DNA of 64,000 nt from an uncultured virus (IMG/VR IMGVR_UViG_3300009500_000012) (IMGVR_UViG_3300009500_000012), one strand, 5' to 3'; shown: positions 21,128-31,813, numbered from the stretch's first letter. Made by a program: numbers and translations. Notes: generated by a model from the letters alone, not told the origin.

Positions 21128-21472
21128 ATGAAGTCCGAATATGTCTACCTCATTGAAAATTCAGCCACTAAATCCTTAAAAATTGGCTATTCAAACAATC
21201 CTACAAAAAGATTTAAAGCACTACAAACAGGAAGTTCTACTCCCTTGAGATTGGTTGCCACCATAAAAGGCGATAGACATAAAGAAACTGAATTACATCA
21301 CCAATTCAAACATCTTCGACTTGGCGGTGAGTGGTTTCGTTATGACAAACGTATTATTAAGGCTTTTCAAAAAAGAATTCCATTATGGAAATATGTTTTT
21401 CTGTGGATAGTAATTCCTCCTATAATTGTATTATCCATAATTGCTATGGGTAGAACAGTTATAGCCAATTAA
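21128..21472 (+). CDS. T5orf172/GIY-YIG-like nuclease with C-terminal TM helix
   Basis: YVYLI, KIGYS.NP..R...LQTGS, E..LH..F, GEWF. Confidence 0.8.
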   Translation: MKSEYVYLIENSATKSLKIGYSNNPTKRFKALQTGSSTPLRLVATIKGDRHKETELHHQFKHLRLGGEWFRYDKRIIKAFQKRIPLWKYVFLWIVIPPIIVLSIIAMGRTVIAN

Positions 21473-21677
21473 TGAAAGAAGACGAAGACTTTTATTTTTG
21501 TGATTATTGCTTAGAACCAACAATTCATTCTCATGAAATTATTTTCAATGAGAAAAAAGATTTTATTGATGTTGTTTGTTGTTCTTGCTTTGATAGTTAT
21601 AAAAATTTAAATATAATTCCCGTTGAACAACGAATAGAATTTTATTTCCGTTAATTTAATTTATAATAATAGGAGTT

Positions 21678-22073
21678 ATGCAAAATGATTCTTATTTTTA
21701 TTATGACCCGCTTTTTTGTTCAAGATGCCATAAAGTTATTCGGGAAATTAACGAAATTCACTTCAATAATCAAATGAAACCTTGCAAAGCTTCAAAACTT
21801 GCTAAAGGTGCTTTTGTATATTTAATTCATGATGAAGATAAAAACTTATTAAAAATTGGTTTTACGGAAAATCCTACAAGAAGATTTAAAGAAATAAAAA
21901 ATGCCAATAATAATAAAACTAAAATTATTGGTTATATCATAGGAACTAAAACAAATGAAGCCAATCTCCATCGTAAATGGAAACGGCTTCATGCAAAATT
22001 AGAATGGTTTAATTATGACGAAGAAATAATTGATTATTTCTTAAATCATCCTAGTTTTAAAAATTTAAATTAA
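21678..22073 (+). CDS. T5orf172/GIY-YIG-like nuclease
   Basis: FVYLI, KIGFT.NP.RR, EA.LH, EWF. Confidence 0.8.
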   Translation: MQNDSYFYYDPLFCSRCHKVIREINEIHFNNQMKPCKASKLAKGAFVYLIHDEDKNLLKIGFTENPTRRFKEIKNANNNKTKIIGYIIGTKTNEANLHRKWKRLHAKLEWFNYDEEIIDYFLNHPSFKNLN

Positions 22074-22423
22074 TTTTTCTTTTTCTTTGAATTAGAAAAA
22101 CTTGTTAATGTAGGTGTTGTTGTAATTACTCTCGGAGGCTTAATAAATGGAGCCGCTACAGATACAGATAAAATTTTAATGTATTCTGGTACATGAAAGA
22201 AATATTCACCAGTTGGCGGATTTATTGCAGCACTTGGCGCAGGTGTAAAAGAAACAACATAATCAGTATTCGTTTCTAAAACATTAGTGATGATAGAGCC
22301 ATCAATTACCGTTTTTGTGTCTAGAACTTCAGAACTATCAACACGTTTAATATAAGCTAAAGAACCATTTGGAACAGGATTACGAGCAATTGAATAATTA
22401 ACAAAATTCAAAGTATAAAACAT
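22070..22423 (-). CDS. paralogue of the N-terminal domain of 28574-29395 and 29423-30643
   Basis: TLNFVN..PVPNG..LDTKTV..Y.VSF..PTGEYFF. Confidence 0.6.
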   Translation of the reverse strand: MFYTLNFVNYSIARNPVPNGSLAYIKRVDSSEVLDTKTVIDGSIITNVLETNTDYVVSFTPAPSAAINPPTGEYFFHVPEYIKILSVSVAAPFIKPPRVITTTPTLTSFSNSKKKKN

Positions 22424-22763
22424 TTTAATCTTCTTTTTTAATTCGCCGAATTCTTTTGGGTTTAGTTTTGTCAGGAATTCCAGCAATTAATACACCGGGA
22501 ACATCAATTTGTTCAAAATCAACATATTCTTCAACTTCTGCCCATATTTCTTCTTCTGATAATAAAAAATTTTTTGAACTACTACTAGTTTCTATATCTT
22601 CTATAATCGAAGTATTAATATCAGCCGATTCTTGTTGAAGTGCTATTCCATCTAAATATCTATCCATATATTTATAATATACAATTTTTTGACAAAGATA
22701 ACGCAAATTTACCAAACCGCCACCGCGCAAATTAATTGTTTATATCTGTAAAAGAGACATAAA

Positions 22764-23423
22764 ATGACTAGTAAAAAAATTAAATTTGTTGAAGATAGTT
22801 CTTTATTTCCTCCAGGTTTCTTTTTATTAAAGAAGTTTATAAACGAAGAAAAGTGTAAAGAAATCGTAGAAATCATTGATACACAGATAACAAAGGTTAC
22901 ACCATTCGACATATATAGTATGTATAATGGTAAGACGTTTAATTGTTTTATGACAAATTGTGGAGAATATGGATGGATAAGTGATGGTGCCAATGGTTAT
23001 AGTTACAGAAAAGAAAATCTAAAAGGTATAAAATGGCTACCAATGCCTGAATTATTTAAAAGAATATCTTTAGATGCTTTAAAAGAAACAATAAAAATTA
23101 TACCCGAAGGTTATGAACCTCAATCTTGTTTAATTAATTTGTATCCACCAGGAAATAGTGGGAAATTAGGTTCTCACGTTGATAATACAGAATTTTGTTC
23201 TATGCCAATTATTTCTTTTTCTATTGGTGCTTCTGCGGTATTTAAAGTAGAAAATATTGGAAATATATTGTTAGAAGAAGGGGATGTATGTATAATGAGT
23301 GGAGAATCAAGATTTGTACGACATTCAATAACAAAGATATTAGATTTTAAAAAACCAAGAATAGCATTAACAATACGTCAAGTATATAATGGAGTACCCG
23401 TTTCATATAGACATATGAAATAA
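22764..23423 (+). CDS. alkB: AlkB-family 2OG-Fe(II) dioxygenase
   Basis: MTNCGEYGW, CLINLY, HVD, IISFSIG, distal H, RIALTIR. Confidence 0.9.
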   Translation: MTSKKIKFVEDSSLFPPGFFLLKKFINEEKCKEIVEIIDTQITKVTPFDIYSMYNGKTFNCFMTNCGEYGWISDGANGYSYRKENLKGIKWLPMPELFKRISLDALKETIKIIPEGYEPQSCLINLYPPGNSGKLGSHVDNTEFCSMPIISFSIGASAVFKVENIGNILLEEGDVCIMSGESRFVRHSITKILDFKKPRIALTIRQVYNGVPVSYRHMK

Positions 23424-23437
23424 GGATATATAAAAAA

Positions 23438-23800
23438 ATGAATGATGAAGATTATGACTATGAAAAAAATAGGAAATTAGAACCTGAAGTAGTAACTAGA
23501 GAGTTATTAACTCGTTTAGGGCAAGTATTTTCCAAAGGTAATCATATAGAAAATTCTCTAAATCAATTGTCTGCTTCGGATTTAGCAAGATTGAATTGGG
23601 ATAATGAGTTTGCATGTCTATTAAAGACATTTTTTAATGCAAGGGATGCTGTTTATTTATGGCCTAAAAAGAAATTTATTGAACTTGGTGGAAAGCCAGA
23701 AGAATATGGTATTGCTTTACATGGTGAAGAGAGTTGGAATAAATTAAAAGATTTTTTTAAAGATGAGATACAAAGACAGCATGACCGCCAAGAAGATTGA
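23438..23800 (+). CDS. hypothetical protein
   Basis: 120 aa. Confidence 0.55.
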   Translation: MNDEDYDYEKNRKLEPEVVTRELLTRLGQVFSKGNHIENSLNQLSASDLARLNWDNEFACLLKTFFNARDAVYLWPKKKFIELGGKPEEYGIALHGEESWNKLKDFFKDEIQRQHDRQED

Positions 23801-24584
23801 TAATAATTTATTTATTTTATATCGAAAAAGTTTAACTGATAAAGAAGAACTAGAAGTTATTAAAAAATATTTTCCTGATAAAAATTCAGATTGTATGGTA
23901 GGTATTCAAAATAAGGTTGTTTTGGGGCGTTATTCTTGTGTACCATTTTATTCAGAAGTCCAACAAGGTCTTGCTGTTCAAAATTCTAGATTAATAAATT
24001 CTTTATCTGAGCATTTATATATAGCCAACTTTGATTATTATTGGGATATAGAAAATTATACTCCTAAAACTTGGTTTTCTTTAGTTGGTTTGCAAGATTC
24101 AGATGGTCCATTTATTGTTAAAGGACAAACAAATTCTAAGAAACATCAATGGAATACAATGATGTTTGCTCCAACAAAAGCAGATGCTATTCGTATTTCT
24201 ATTGATTTAAAAAATGATTATTATTTAGGTTCTCAAGATATAATTATTAGAAAATATGAACCTTTAATTAAGTTAGGTGATTCCATAAATGGTTTATCTT
24301 TTACTAATGAATGGAGATTCTTTTTTTATAAAGAAGAACTATTAAGTTATGGCTTCTATTGGTCAGAATGTGATATAAAAGGTAGTATAGATGAGGCTGG
24401 AATAGATTTTGCTAAAAAAATATCAAAGATAGTAAGCAAAAGAACCAGTTTTTACACAATAGATATTGGTCAAAAAGAAAATGGTGAATGGACTGTTATT
24501 GAATTAAATGATGGTCAAATGGCTGGATTTTCTGATAATGACCCACACAAATTATATTCTGGACTTTCGAAATTAAAAATATAA
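23781..24584 (+). CDS. ATP-grasp protein (DUF4343/R2K-like)
   Basis: FIVKG, EWRFF, FYTIDIG, VIELNDGQMAG. Confidence 0.75.
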   Translation: MTAKKIDNNLFILYRKSLTDKEELEVIKKYFPDKNSDCMVGIQNKVVLGRYSCVPFYSEVQQGLAVQNSRLINSLSEHLYIANFDYYWDIENYTPKTWFSLVGLQDSDGPFIVKGQTNSKKHQWNTMMFAPTKADAIRISIDLKNDYYLGSQDIIIRKYEPLIKLGDSINGLSFTNEWRFFFYKEELLSYGFYWSECDIKGSIDEAGIDFAKKISKIVSKRTSFYTIDIGQKENGEWTVIELNDGQMAGFSDNDPHKLYSGLSKLKI

Positions 24585-24850
24585 TGCATAAAACCTGCAT
24601 TTTATGTAAACGTTCTGGGCCAACACCTGATAAATTAGATTATCTTTGTTCCAAGGGTCGTTGCAGTAGCCTTAAACCACCGCCTGATGGCAGAGAGCCT
24701 ATGATAAAAGCAGTAAGCACATATGAGTGTGAATGCGGTTATGATTGCTGTTATCCATCTTATTGTAGCAATTGTGGTGCCCATTGCTTTCCTAGTCATT
24801 ATAAATATTTAGAAGAACAACAAGGAAATCATAATAATAATGATTATTAA
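24584..24850 (+). CDS. Cys-rich hypothetical protein
   Basis: multiple CxxC; coupled. Confidence 0.55.
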   Translation: MHKTCILCKRSGPTPDKLDYLCSKGRCSSLKPPPDGREPMIKAVSTYECECGYDCCYPSYCSNCGAHCFPSHYKYLEEQQGNHNNNDY

Positions 24851-25046
24851 ACTTGAAAAAAGACACTATATATACATAGTTGCAAGCATAATTGGTATAT
24901 TAGTTTGCTTATTAAGTGGATATATGATTGCAATTGGTAATGCCATTGGAATTTTTACATTTTTATTAGGAATGGTAACTTTAGGAGTTGGCCGTTCATA
25001 CCTTCAAGGATTACCTAATTCTAGAGGACAAGTTGAAGATGACTAA
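24840..25046 (+). CDS. small 2-TM membrane protein
   Basis: two hydrophobic segments. Confidence 0.55.
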   Translation: MIIKLEKRHYIYIVASIIGILVCLLSGYMIAIGNAIGIFTFLLGMVTLGVGRSYLQGLPNSRGQVEDD

Positions 25047-25446
25047 GGTTGAAAAAGATAAACTTTTTTCATTAATGAATTCTTCTATTAAAGCCAAAAT
25101 TCGTCAAGAAAAAGCGAACTTAGAAAAAAACAAGTTAGATAAAGCCTTACAAAAAGCATGTAAGCACCCGTATATTGGTTCGCAATGGAGGCCAAGTCTT
25201 TCATCTGGTTATGATTGTAATGGTGGAAGTAACTATAACCCTGGGCATTTAATTTGTTTAGTATGTGGCCTTCAACATTTTAATGAATATGATGCAGGCC
25301 CTTTATATAATCTTCACTATAAAAATGAAGTTATAAGAGACAAAGATATAAATAATCTTTGGAAAATAGTGGGTTCTAAATTAATTAAAAGCATGATTCT
25401 TCAAGATATACCGGCAACAGAAGTAAAATATTTATTAGGAAAATGA
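25039..25446 (+). CDS. hypothetical protein
   Basis: ATG 25039; CKH..CLVCG. Confidence 0.55.
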   Translation: MTKVEKDKLFSLMNSSIKAKIRQEKANLEKNKLDKALQKACKHPYIGSQWRPSLSSGYDCNGGSNYNPGHLICLVCGLQHFNEYDAGPLYNLHYKNEVIRDKDINNLWKIVGSKLIKSMILQDIPATEVKYLLGK

Positions 25447-25447
25447 T

Positions 25448-26584
25448 ATGGCAGAATTTAAAGTAATAGCAGATAAAATAAGATTATTTCCACACCCAGG
25501 AGCAGATAAATTACTTCTTGGTAAGGTTGGTCCATTTCAAGTAGTTGTTGGTAAAGACAATGATTACAAAGAGGGAGACATTGTAATTTTTGCTCCTGAA
25601 CGTAGTATTCTTCCTGATGAAATTAAAGGAGACTATTGTAATACAGAAACTGGTGTTTCTTATTTGAGCGGTCCTGATTCTAACCGTGTTAAACGTGTAC
25701 GCTTACGTGGAGAATACTCTGATGGTGTCACGCTTAATAGAGATTGGGTTGTAGAAAAACTTGGTCTTCCTGTACTTGAAGATATTGCTTTAAATTATGA
25801 TTATTCAGAAGCATTAGGAATAAAAAAATACGAACCACCTATTCCATTTAATATGAGTGGACAACTTGAACGTATTGAAGATGTTTCTTTTGCGGTCAAT
25901 CATGATGTTGAACAATTTCGTCTTTATGTTGATGAATTCATTGATGGTGAACCTGTAATTGCAACCGAAAAAATTCACGGTTCTCAAGTAAACATTCAAC
26001 GTACAAGTAAAGGACGTTGGTATGTTACTTCCAAAGGTATTGGTAAAAATGGTCTTGCTATTCAAGAATCAGAAGGCAATCTTTATTGGCAAGCATTAAA
26101 TAATTCTGGTTTGAGAGAATTACTTGATGAATCACTAGGAACAGATGAAAAGAACCAAGAATATCAATTCTTTGGTGAAGTTTTTCCATGTCAAAAAGGT
26201 TATAATTACGGACAAGATAAGGCTACACTAAGATTATTTAGATTGAGAATTGACGGAAGAGAAATCCCTTTTTATGAAGTAAAGACAACTTCTAAAATAT
26301 TAAACGATGAAAATGCTTCTTTCCATGAAACATCAAACATATTTGGTAAATTTTGGGAGAAAATAATTGAACTTTGGGTTCCAGTCATTTATATGGGTCC
26401 ATTTAATGTAGAAAAATTAGTTGAAGCATCAAAAGGTTTAGAACAAGTTTCTGGTAAACAATTACACATACGCGAAGGCGTTGTTGTCTCGCCACAAGAT
26501 ACTCGTAGAAGTAAAGAAGGATTTCCTTTACTTTTAAAAATAATTAATCCTAAATACAAAGATACTGATGAAAGTTTCTCATAA
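25448..26584 (+). CDS. RNA ligase, DRB0094/Rnl5 family
   Basis: N-terminal OB HPGADKL, motif I TEKIHG, FFGE, REGVV, KIINP. Confidence 0.88.
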   Translation: MAEFKVIADKIRLFPHPGADKLLLGKVGPFQVVVGKDNDYKEGDIVIFAPERSILPDEIKGDYCNTETGVSYLSGPDSNRVKRVRLRGEYSDGVTLNRDWVVEKLGLPVLEDIALNYDYSEALGIKKYEPPIPFNMSGQLERIEDVSFAVNHDVEQFRLYVDEFIDGEPVIATEKIHGSQVNIQRTSKGRWYVTSKGIGKNGLAIQESEGNLYWQALNNSGLRELLDESLGTDEKNQEYQFFGEVFPCQKGYNYGQDKATLRLFRLRIDGREIPFYEVKTTSKILNDENASFHETSNIFGKFWEKIIELWVPVIYMGPFNVEKLVEASKGLEQVSGKQLHIREGVVVSPQDTRRSKEGFPLLLKIINPKYKDTDESFS

Positions 26585-26586
26585 AA

Positions 26587-26916
26587 ATGACAGATGAAGA
26601 ATTACGTAAAAAATTAAAAGATACATTTGAATCACTTTTAAATCAAACCGAAAATAATTTATTTTATGCAAAATTATCTTTAAATAAAAGTGATATTACT
26701 GAAGAAAAAAAGAAAGAATTAAAAAATATTATTGCGATTAATAATATTCAATTAATTTGCACTAAATCATATCTTACTGAAATTGAAAATTTTGACCGTG
26801 AAGTAATGGAAGTTCTTGTTGAATCTTTAGAACATTTTACTCCTCTACTTAAAGAAGCTTCTAATGAAATTCTTAATAAGACTCAAGAACTTTACAATAA
26901 AGAACTAAATTCATGA
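26587..26916 (+). CDS. hypothetical protein
   Basis: 109 aa. Confidence 0.55.
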   Translation: MTDEELRKKLKDTFESLLNQTENNLFYAKLSLNKSDITEEKKKELKNIIAINNIQLICTKSYLTEIENFDREVMEVLVESLEHFTPLLKEASNEILNKTQELYNKELNS

Positions 26917-27365
26917 CAAAAAAACAAAAATTAGATTCTTGTCCTTCCTGTCATCATCCTTGGGCTTGGCGTTCATTTGGATGGGGCGGTTCTAGAACTG
27001 GATGCTCTGAAGAAACTAGTTCTGGACCTTGTAATTCTGATTATTCATATTGTGAATGCAAACATGAATTTCATTGGATAACTAGATGTACCTTTGTAAA
27101 TAAAAACATTAACAAACAAAATTATATTTATAGAGGTCGCGATTATGACCAAAATGGTAGATGTACTATTGAATCATATCTTATGACTCCAAACATGGAA
27201 TGTGAAAAACATATATCTCCTCTTGACAAAGCACAAATAGATTTACTAATGGCAAATAAAAAAACAAAAGTCGAAGCTATTAGAAATAAAAAAGAATTAG
27301 ATTTTAAAATAAAAGAAGCTAAAAATTTACTTAAAGAAAACGGCTACAAAATAGTAAAAACATGA
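26913..27365 (+). CDS. Cys-rich hypothetical protein
   Basis: ATGA overlap. Confidence 0.55.
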   Translation: MTKKQKLDSCPSCHHPWAWRSFGWGGSRTGCSEETSSGPCNSDYSYCECKHEFHWITRCTFVNKNINKQNYIYRGRDYDQNGRCTIESYLMTPNMECEKHISPLDKAQIDLLMANKKTKVEAIRNKKELDFKIKEAKNLLKENGYKIVKT

Positions 27366-27613
27366 AATATAAGTGGGAACAAAAACAAAAAACAACAACT
27401 TGGGCAGAACTTCGAATAAATAACGATGAAGTTCGAGTTTGTGATTTTAATATGACGGATGCTAAACCCGAAAAATGTAAAAATGGTATACATAGTGGTG
27501 TTTATCATTCAGACAGAATTTACTATGATGATGGCGGGTCTTGCTCATATATCAGAGTTTGTAGTAGGTGTCATGCAGAAGTCAAATCAGATATTTTGGA
27601 TTTATTATATTAA
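27362..27613 (+). CDS. hypothetical protein
   Basis: ATGA overlap. Confidence 0.55.
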   Translation: MKYKWEQKQKTTTWAELRINNDEVRVCDFNMTDAKPEKCKNGIHSGVYHSDRIYYDDGGSCSYIRVCSRCHAEVKSDILDLLY

Positions 27614-27773
27614 ATGAAAAAATTTCTTCAAAAAATATTCTGCAATTTTCAATTTCATTGGTGGATGACAAATGAATATTTTTTAAACCAAAAGTTTAAA
27701 ACCGTAACAGCATATTGTTACTCAATAAAAAGAACTTGTAGAATTTGTGATATCAAAGGAGAGTTAATAATAT

Positions 27774-28079
27774 ATGACTGCTAATAATAATAAAACAGTT
27801 TGGGTTGTTGAATATCGAGAAATAGATGCAGTAGATAATTGTGTTGCACATATTGCTTCAACAAAATCTAAAGCTATTAAATTTATATTAGATAATCCCA
27901 ATTTTAGCACAATAGAAACTAAATGGTATTGGTGGTTAGCAGAATATAATGTTGATTCTAATGATACCGTTTTTCCTTTTGATTTTAGCACGTATGTTTC
28001 ACGTAATGGCTTTGAATCAAAAGAATTATGGCAAGTTTTAAATAATAATACACCCAAGAAAGTAAAAAATGAAGAATAA
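27774..28079 (+). CDS. hypothetical protein
   Basis: AGGAG RBS. Confidence 0.55.
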   Translation: MTANNNKTVWVVEYREIDAVDNCVAHIASTKSKAIKFILDNPNFSTIETKWYWWLAEYNVDSNDTVFPFDFSTYVSRNGFESKELWQVLNNNTPKKVKNEE

Positions 28080-28257
28080 AGAAGATTTTAATTATGTAAT
28101 TGCTCGTCAATGGGAATCTGGAGCTTTAAATTGTTATGCTTATCATACTCAAGTTAAATTTGGTAATCAAGAAGATGCTGAATATTTCTTGAATTATGTT
28201 AAAGAACAAGAGCCAAATTATGAATGGAGAATTATTAAACTTAAATGGGATGAATAA
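28069..28257 (+). CDS. hypothetical protein
   Basis: coupled. Confidence 0.5.
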   Translation: MKNKEDFNYVIARQWESGALNCYAYHTQVKFGNQEDAEYFLNYVKEQEPNYEWRIIKLKWDE

Positions 28258-28577
28258 TGTCAAAATTAAATACAATCAAAGTTAGTTTTGTTGACATAAT
28301 GCCCGAAAAATTAGAAAATGGCATCGTTTATATTTCTGAAAAATTTGCTTTGGCAATTCATAAATGTTGTTGTGGAGAATGTGGCTGGGAAACGGTAATG
28401 CCTTTTAATTTACCAAATTGTGATAGCCAAGCAAAAAATCCACATGCATGGGAAATAATATTGAAAAAAACAGAAGGCGCAGAAGATATTGTATCTTTCA
28501 CGCCTTCAATTGGTAATTTTCAATATCCGTGTAAATCACATTACTACATTACAGATAATAATATTATTTGGATTTAA
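28257..28577 (+). CDS. DUF6527-like protein
   Basis: IHKCCCGECG, SFTPSIGN, CKSHYYI. Confidence 0.65.
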   Translation: MSKLNTIKVSFVDIMPEKLENGIVYISEKFALAIHKCCCGECGWETVMPFNLPNCDSQAKNPHAWEIILKKTEGAEDIVSFTPSIGNFQYPCKSHYYITDNNIIWI

Positions 28578-29395
28578 GGAATAGAATTTATAGTTACATA
28601 AACAAATAATGAAAAAGGAAATTGCAAACTAACAGGTGTATCTGTTAAAAATTGAAAATCTAAATTAATTGCTGTGGTACTTATCGGTACAATTAAGGTT
28701 GAATTTGAAGTATATGGTAAACCAAGATTAGTTAATGGATTAACATAACTTGTTGATTCAGAAGTAAAAACCGGAACAGAACCGCCATTATAAAATTGTG
28801 TTTGGAATTGTATAAATTCAACAGAAGATTCAATCGTAACATCACTACAAAAAGCTTGGACTATACATTCTAAATTTTGGTCGGTACAACCTTCTGGTAC
28901 TGGTGGCGGAACTATTTGTAAAGATGCTTGAGGTGATGAAACTACACTTGCAGTTATTCCTCCGCTTGCAAATCTTTCAGTAATGGAAATACCTCCAGCA
29001 AAAAAATAACTATTTGTATTTTGACTACCAAATACAAATACATGACTTCCTAAATATCTAGATACTATATGAGAACTGCCGCTGTTGCTTCCACTATTAT
29101 TACTACTAGTTTGAGGAGGATTAATTGAAATAACAATAGTATTTCCAATAGCATATCCAGTAGAAAAATAAAAATTACCTGTTGGAGCGCCAGAACCACT
29201 AAACGTAATATAATAATTATTTGATATATTTAATGATAATACTGAAGTAGAAATTTCATTGTTATTTACTGTTTTTGTATCTAATAAAGTATTATTTTCG
29301 CCATCATAAATTTTAGCAGTTGTACCATTAGGAATAACTGATTGATTAATGTCACTAGACGCAAAATTTACAAAGAGAAGCGTAAAAGTAGACAT
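28574..29395 (-). CDS. Ser/Thr-rich putative virion surface/fibre protein
   Basis: beta-rich, shared N-domain with neighbour, AAGGA RBS. Confidence 0.6.
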   Translation of the reverse strand: MSTFTLLFVNFASSDINQSVIPNGTTAKIYDGENNTLLDTKTVNNNEISTSVLSLNISNNYYITFSGSGAPTGNFYFSTGYAIGNTIVISINPPQTSSNNSGSNSGSSHIVSRYLGSHVFVFGSQNTNSYFFAGGISITERFASGGITASVVSSPQASLQIVPPPVPEGCTDQNLECIVQAFCSDVTIESSVEFIQFQTQFYNGGSVPVFTSESTSYVNPLTNLGLPYTSNSTLIVPISTTAINLDFQFLTDTPVSLQFPFSLFVYVTINSIP

Positions 29396-29422
29396 TTTGT
29401 TATTCCTTTAAAAATAAATTTA

Positions 29423-30643
29423 TTAATTATTAAATACACCAAAAGGTGTTACTTTAACAACAACTGAAGGAATACTAATTGAAGTGGCACTTGAATCAGC
29501 ATAACCAAATTGTACAGGAATACTTGATGGTATACTTGTTCCATTACCAATACAGGTTGAACCAGTAATACTATAAATAACTTTTGAACCACTTGCGTAT
29601 GTGTAAGTAGATGTTGTTGGTGCAAAAGATATAACCATAGTATCTACCGATGTAACACCATTAATACTGATTGTTGGTGTCGTTGTTGGAACACTTCCTA
29701 AAGTTAATTCTATGATTGCAGTTACTTCTACTAAAACATCAGCAATATCATTAAGATTTGGTGCAATAGAGGTGGCATTAGTAACACCAAAAGCACTTGC
29801 TCCAGGTAGACTTAATGTTCCATTTCCACTAGTCCATGTAAGTTGACCACCGCCAGCGTTTGTAGAAGATGCACTATCACTTTGGAACCAAGTTCCACCA
29901 ACGATATTATTTGAACTAATACTAAAATTAGTGCCAAAATCAGCTAACAATCCTCTGGCATAATAACCATTAGATTGAAGTGCAGTTTGAGAAATATAAT
30001 CAAATCCAGTTAAACTATTTCCAAATGTAACATAACTTCCACCAGGAATAGTAGAAGCATTACTAAAGGTTGGAGTTACAGTTAATTCTGTAGAACTTGG
30101 AACAGCAGTAACAAGTACAATGGCATAAGCAGAAGTTGAAGAATATACAACCAATGCAGAACCAGGTAAAAATTGTGAACTGTCAGTAACCATTAATGTT
30201 CCAGATACACCTAAACCAAAATTATCATCTTCAGCAGAAGGATTAATAGTTCCAGAAGTAAATGCAGGAAATACGGGACTATATGCAGCCGTTGTTTTTA
30301 CAGGAAGACTAGCAATTGCAGTTGATGTTGTTGCATTATACAAAGATGGAGGAAGAACAGAAACACTCAAATTATTCGCATTGTTTGCATAATAAAGGGT
30401 GCTAGTATTGAAAAAATATGTTCCACTAGGCGCACCAGAACCACTAAATTTTACAGAATATTCAGCAGGGCCAGCAGTAAGAACAACAGCAGTTGTTGGT
30501 GCTACCCCATTTTGAACGGTTTGAGTATCAACTAATTGATTTGAACCATTATAAATCATACAAGTAGAACCATCTGGTACAACTGGTGTCTCGCTAGATG
30601 TAGCATAATTTATAAAATTTAATACGGTTGGTAAAACTGCCAT
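29423..30643 (-). CDS. Ser/Thr-rich putative virion surface/fibre protein
   Basis: GAGGA RBS at ATG 30643; FSGSGAP.G.YFF shared with neighbour. Confidence 0.65.
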   Translation of the reverse strand: MAVLPTVLNFINYATSSETPVVPDGSTCMIYNGSNQLVDTQTVQNGVAPTTAVVLTAGPAEYSVKFSGSGAPSGTYFFNTSTLYYANNANNLSVSVLPPSLYNATTSTAIASLPVKTTAAYSPVFPAFTSGTINPSAEDDNFGLGVSGTLMVTDSSQFLPGSALVVYSSTSAYAIVLVTAVPSSTELTVTPTFSNASTIPGGSYVTFGNSLTGFDYISQTALQSNGYYARGLLADFGTNFSISSNNIVGGTWFQSDSASSTNAGGGQLTWTSGNGTLSLPGASAFGVTNATSIAPNLNDIADVLVEVTAIIELTLGSVPTTTPTISINGVTSVDTMVISFAPTTSTYTYASGSKVIYSITGSTCIGNGTSIPSSIPVQFGYADSSATSISIPSVVVKVTPFGVFNN

Positions 30644-30752
30644 TTTATATTCCTCTTTTAAAAAAGATATTCTACATAAAATTATGCAATATTCATAAAA
30701 TTTTAACTTATAAATAGACAATTTTCTTACTTTACTATATAATCCATTTACT

Positions 30753-31073
30753 ATGAAAATATTCGCTATACAAAATCCAAAGAAAAAAATCATAAATAAA
30801 TGGCATATTTTTTCACATCTTGAAGATAATATTTTATATAGACCAAACTCAACGGTTTATTATGCTTCGTGCGGTTCGAGTTATGAATATAATCCTAAAC
30901 ATGAAGATTCTATCTATACAAAATTTAAAATAAAACCGATTATACAAGAATATACCAAAGATGATGAAAAACTTCTTTGTCCATCCTGTGTAATGCAAGC
31001 ATGGAAAAGTGGTATAATTATGGTAGTACCCGTACCAGAAAAAGATGAATTTTACAATGAAGACGACTATTGA
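30753..31073 (+). CDS. hypothetical protein
   Basis: TAGACA-17-TATAAT directly upstream. Confidence 0.6.
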   Translation: MKIFAIQNPKKKIINKWHIFSHLEDNILYRPNSTVYYASCGSSYEYNPKHEDSIYTKFKIKPIIQEYTKDDEKLLCPSCVMQAWKSGIIMVVPVPEKDEFYNEDDY

Positions 31074-31288
31074 TATTTCATGTCCAAATACGCATGGCTC
31101 TCAAGAAGATTGGAATGGATTTAAATGAAATATAAAAAACCAAAAGTTAAACCATATAAAGATGCAAAAGAACCTGAAAGGATTATTCTTTCTAGAAAAT
31201 CAAAATTAATTTTGCATAATTTAAATCAAGATGTGCATGAATATTTAAAAGAAAATCCTGTGCCCGAAATAGAAGTGGAATAATAATA

Positions 31289-31813
31289 ATGAAACGTAAT
31301 TTATTTTTAAAATCAACAGCCGCTACAGCAGGACTAGTAGCAATATCTCCTATAACTGCTTTAGCAAATAATAATAAACCCTCAAAATTATTTGAAGGTA
31401 TGTATAGAACAGAATATCAAGACCCTAATTCTTCTTATAAAGAATATTTAAAATATGATGTTTATTTTAATGATGAAAAATTAGACCTTTTATCTATCGT
31501 AAATGATAAAAGTAATATATATTTTTTAATTTCTGATGGAGAAAATGGGCACAAATTTTTGGAAACCGCAATAGATAATCATGTTAATGTTTCTTTAGAT
31601 ATGGATTTTATTAAAAATAAAAAACTTAAAAATATTAAATGTTATTTATCAAAATTTATAGACCATACTAACAAGACATATCATCCTTATTGGTTTTCAA
31701 ATCAATATCCTTCTATGAAACTTCCTCTTAAAGGAATAAGCAATGATGGTGTTATCTTTGCAGAATATGTTGATATTTTTACCCCAATACCTAAAGGATA
31801 TATACCAGATTAA
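31289..31813 (+). CDS. exported protein with Tat-like signal; paralogue of next gene
   Basis: MKRNLFLKSTAATAGLVA; shared YFNDE, DGE.GHKFL.TAI, DH.NKTY.P.W. Confidence 0.6.
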   Translation: MKRNLFLKSTAATAGLVAISPITALANNNKPSKLFEGMYRTEYQDPNSSYKEYLKYDVYFNDEKLDLLSIVNDKSNIYFLISDGENGHKFLETAIDNHVNVSLDMDFIKNKKLKNIKCYLSKFIDHTNKTYHPYWFSNQYPSMKLPLKGISNDGVIFAEYVDIFTPIPKGYIPD

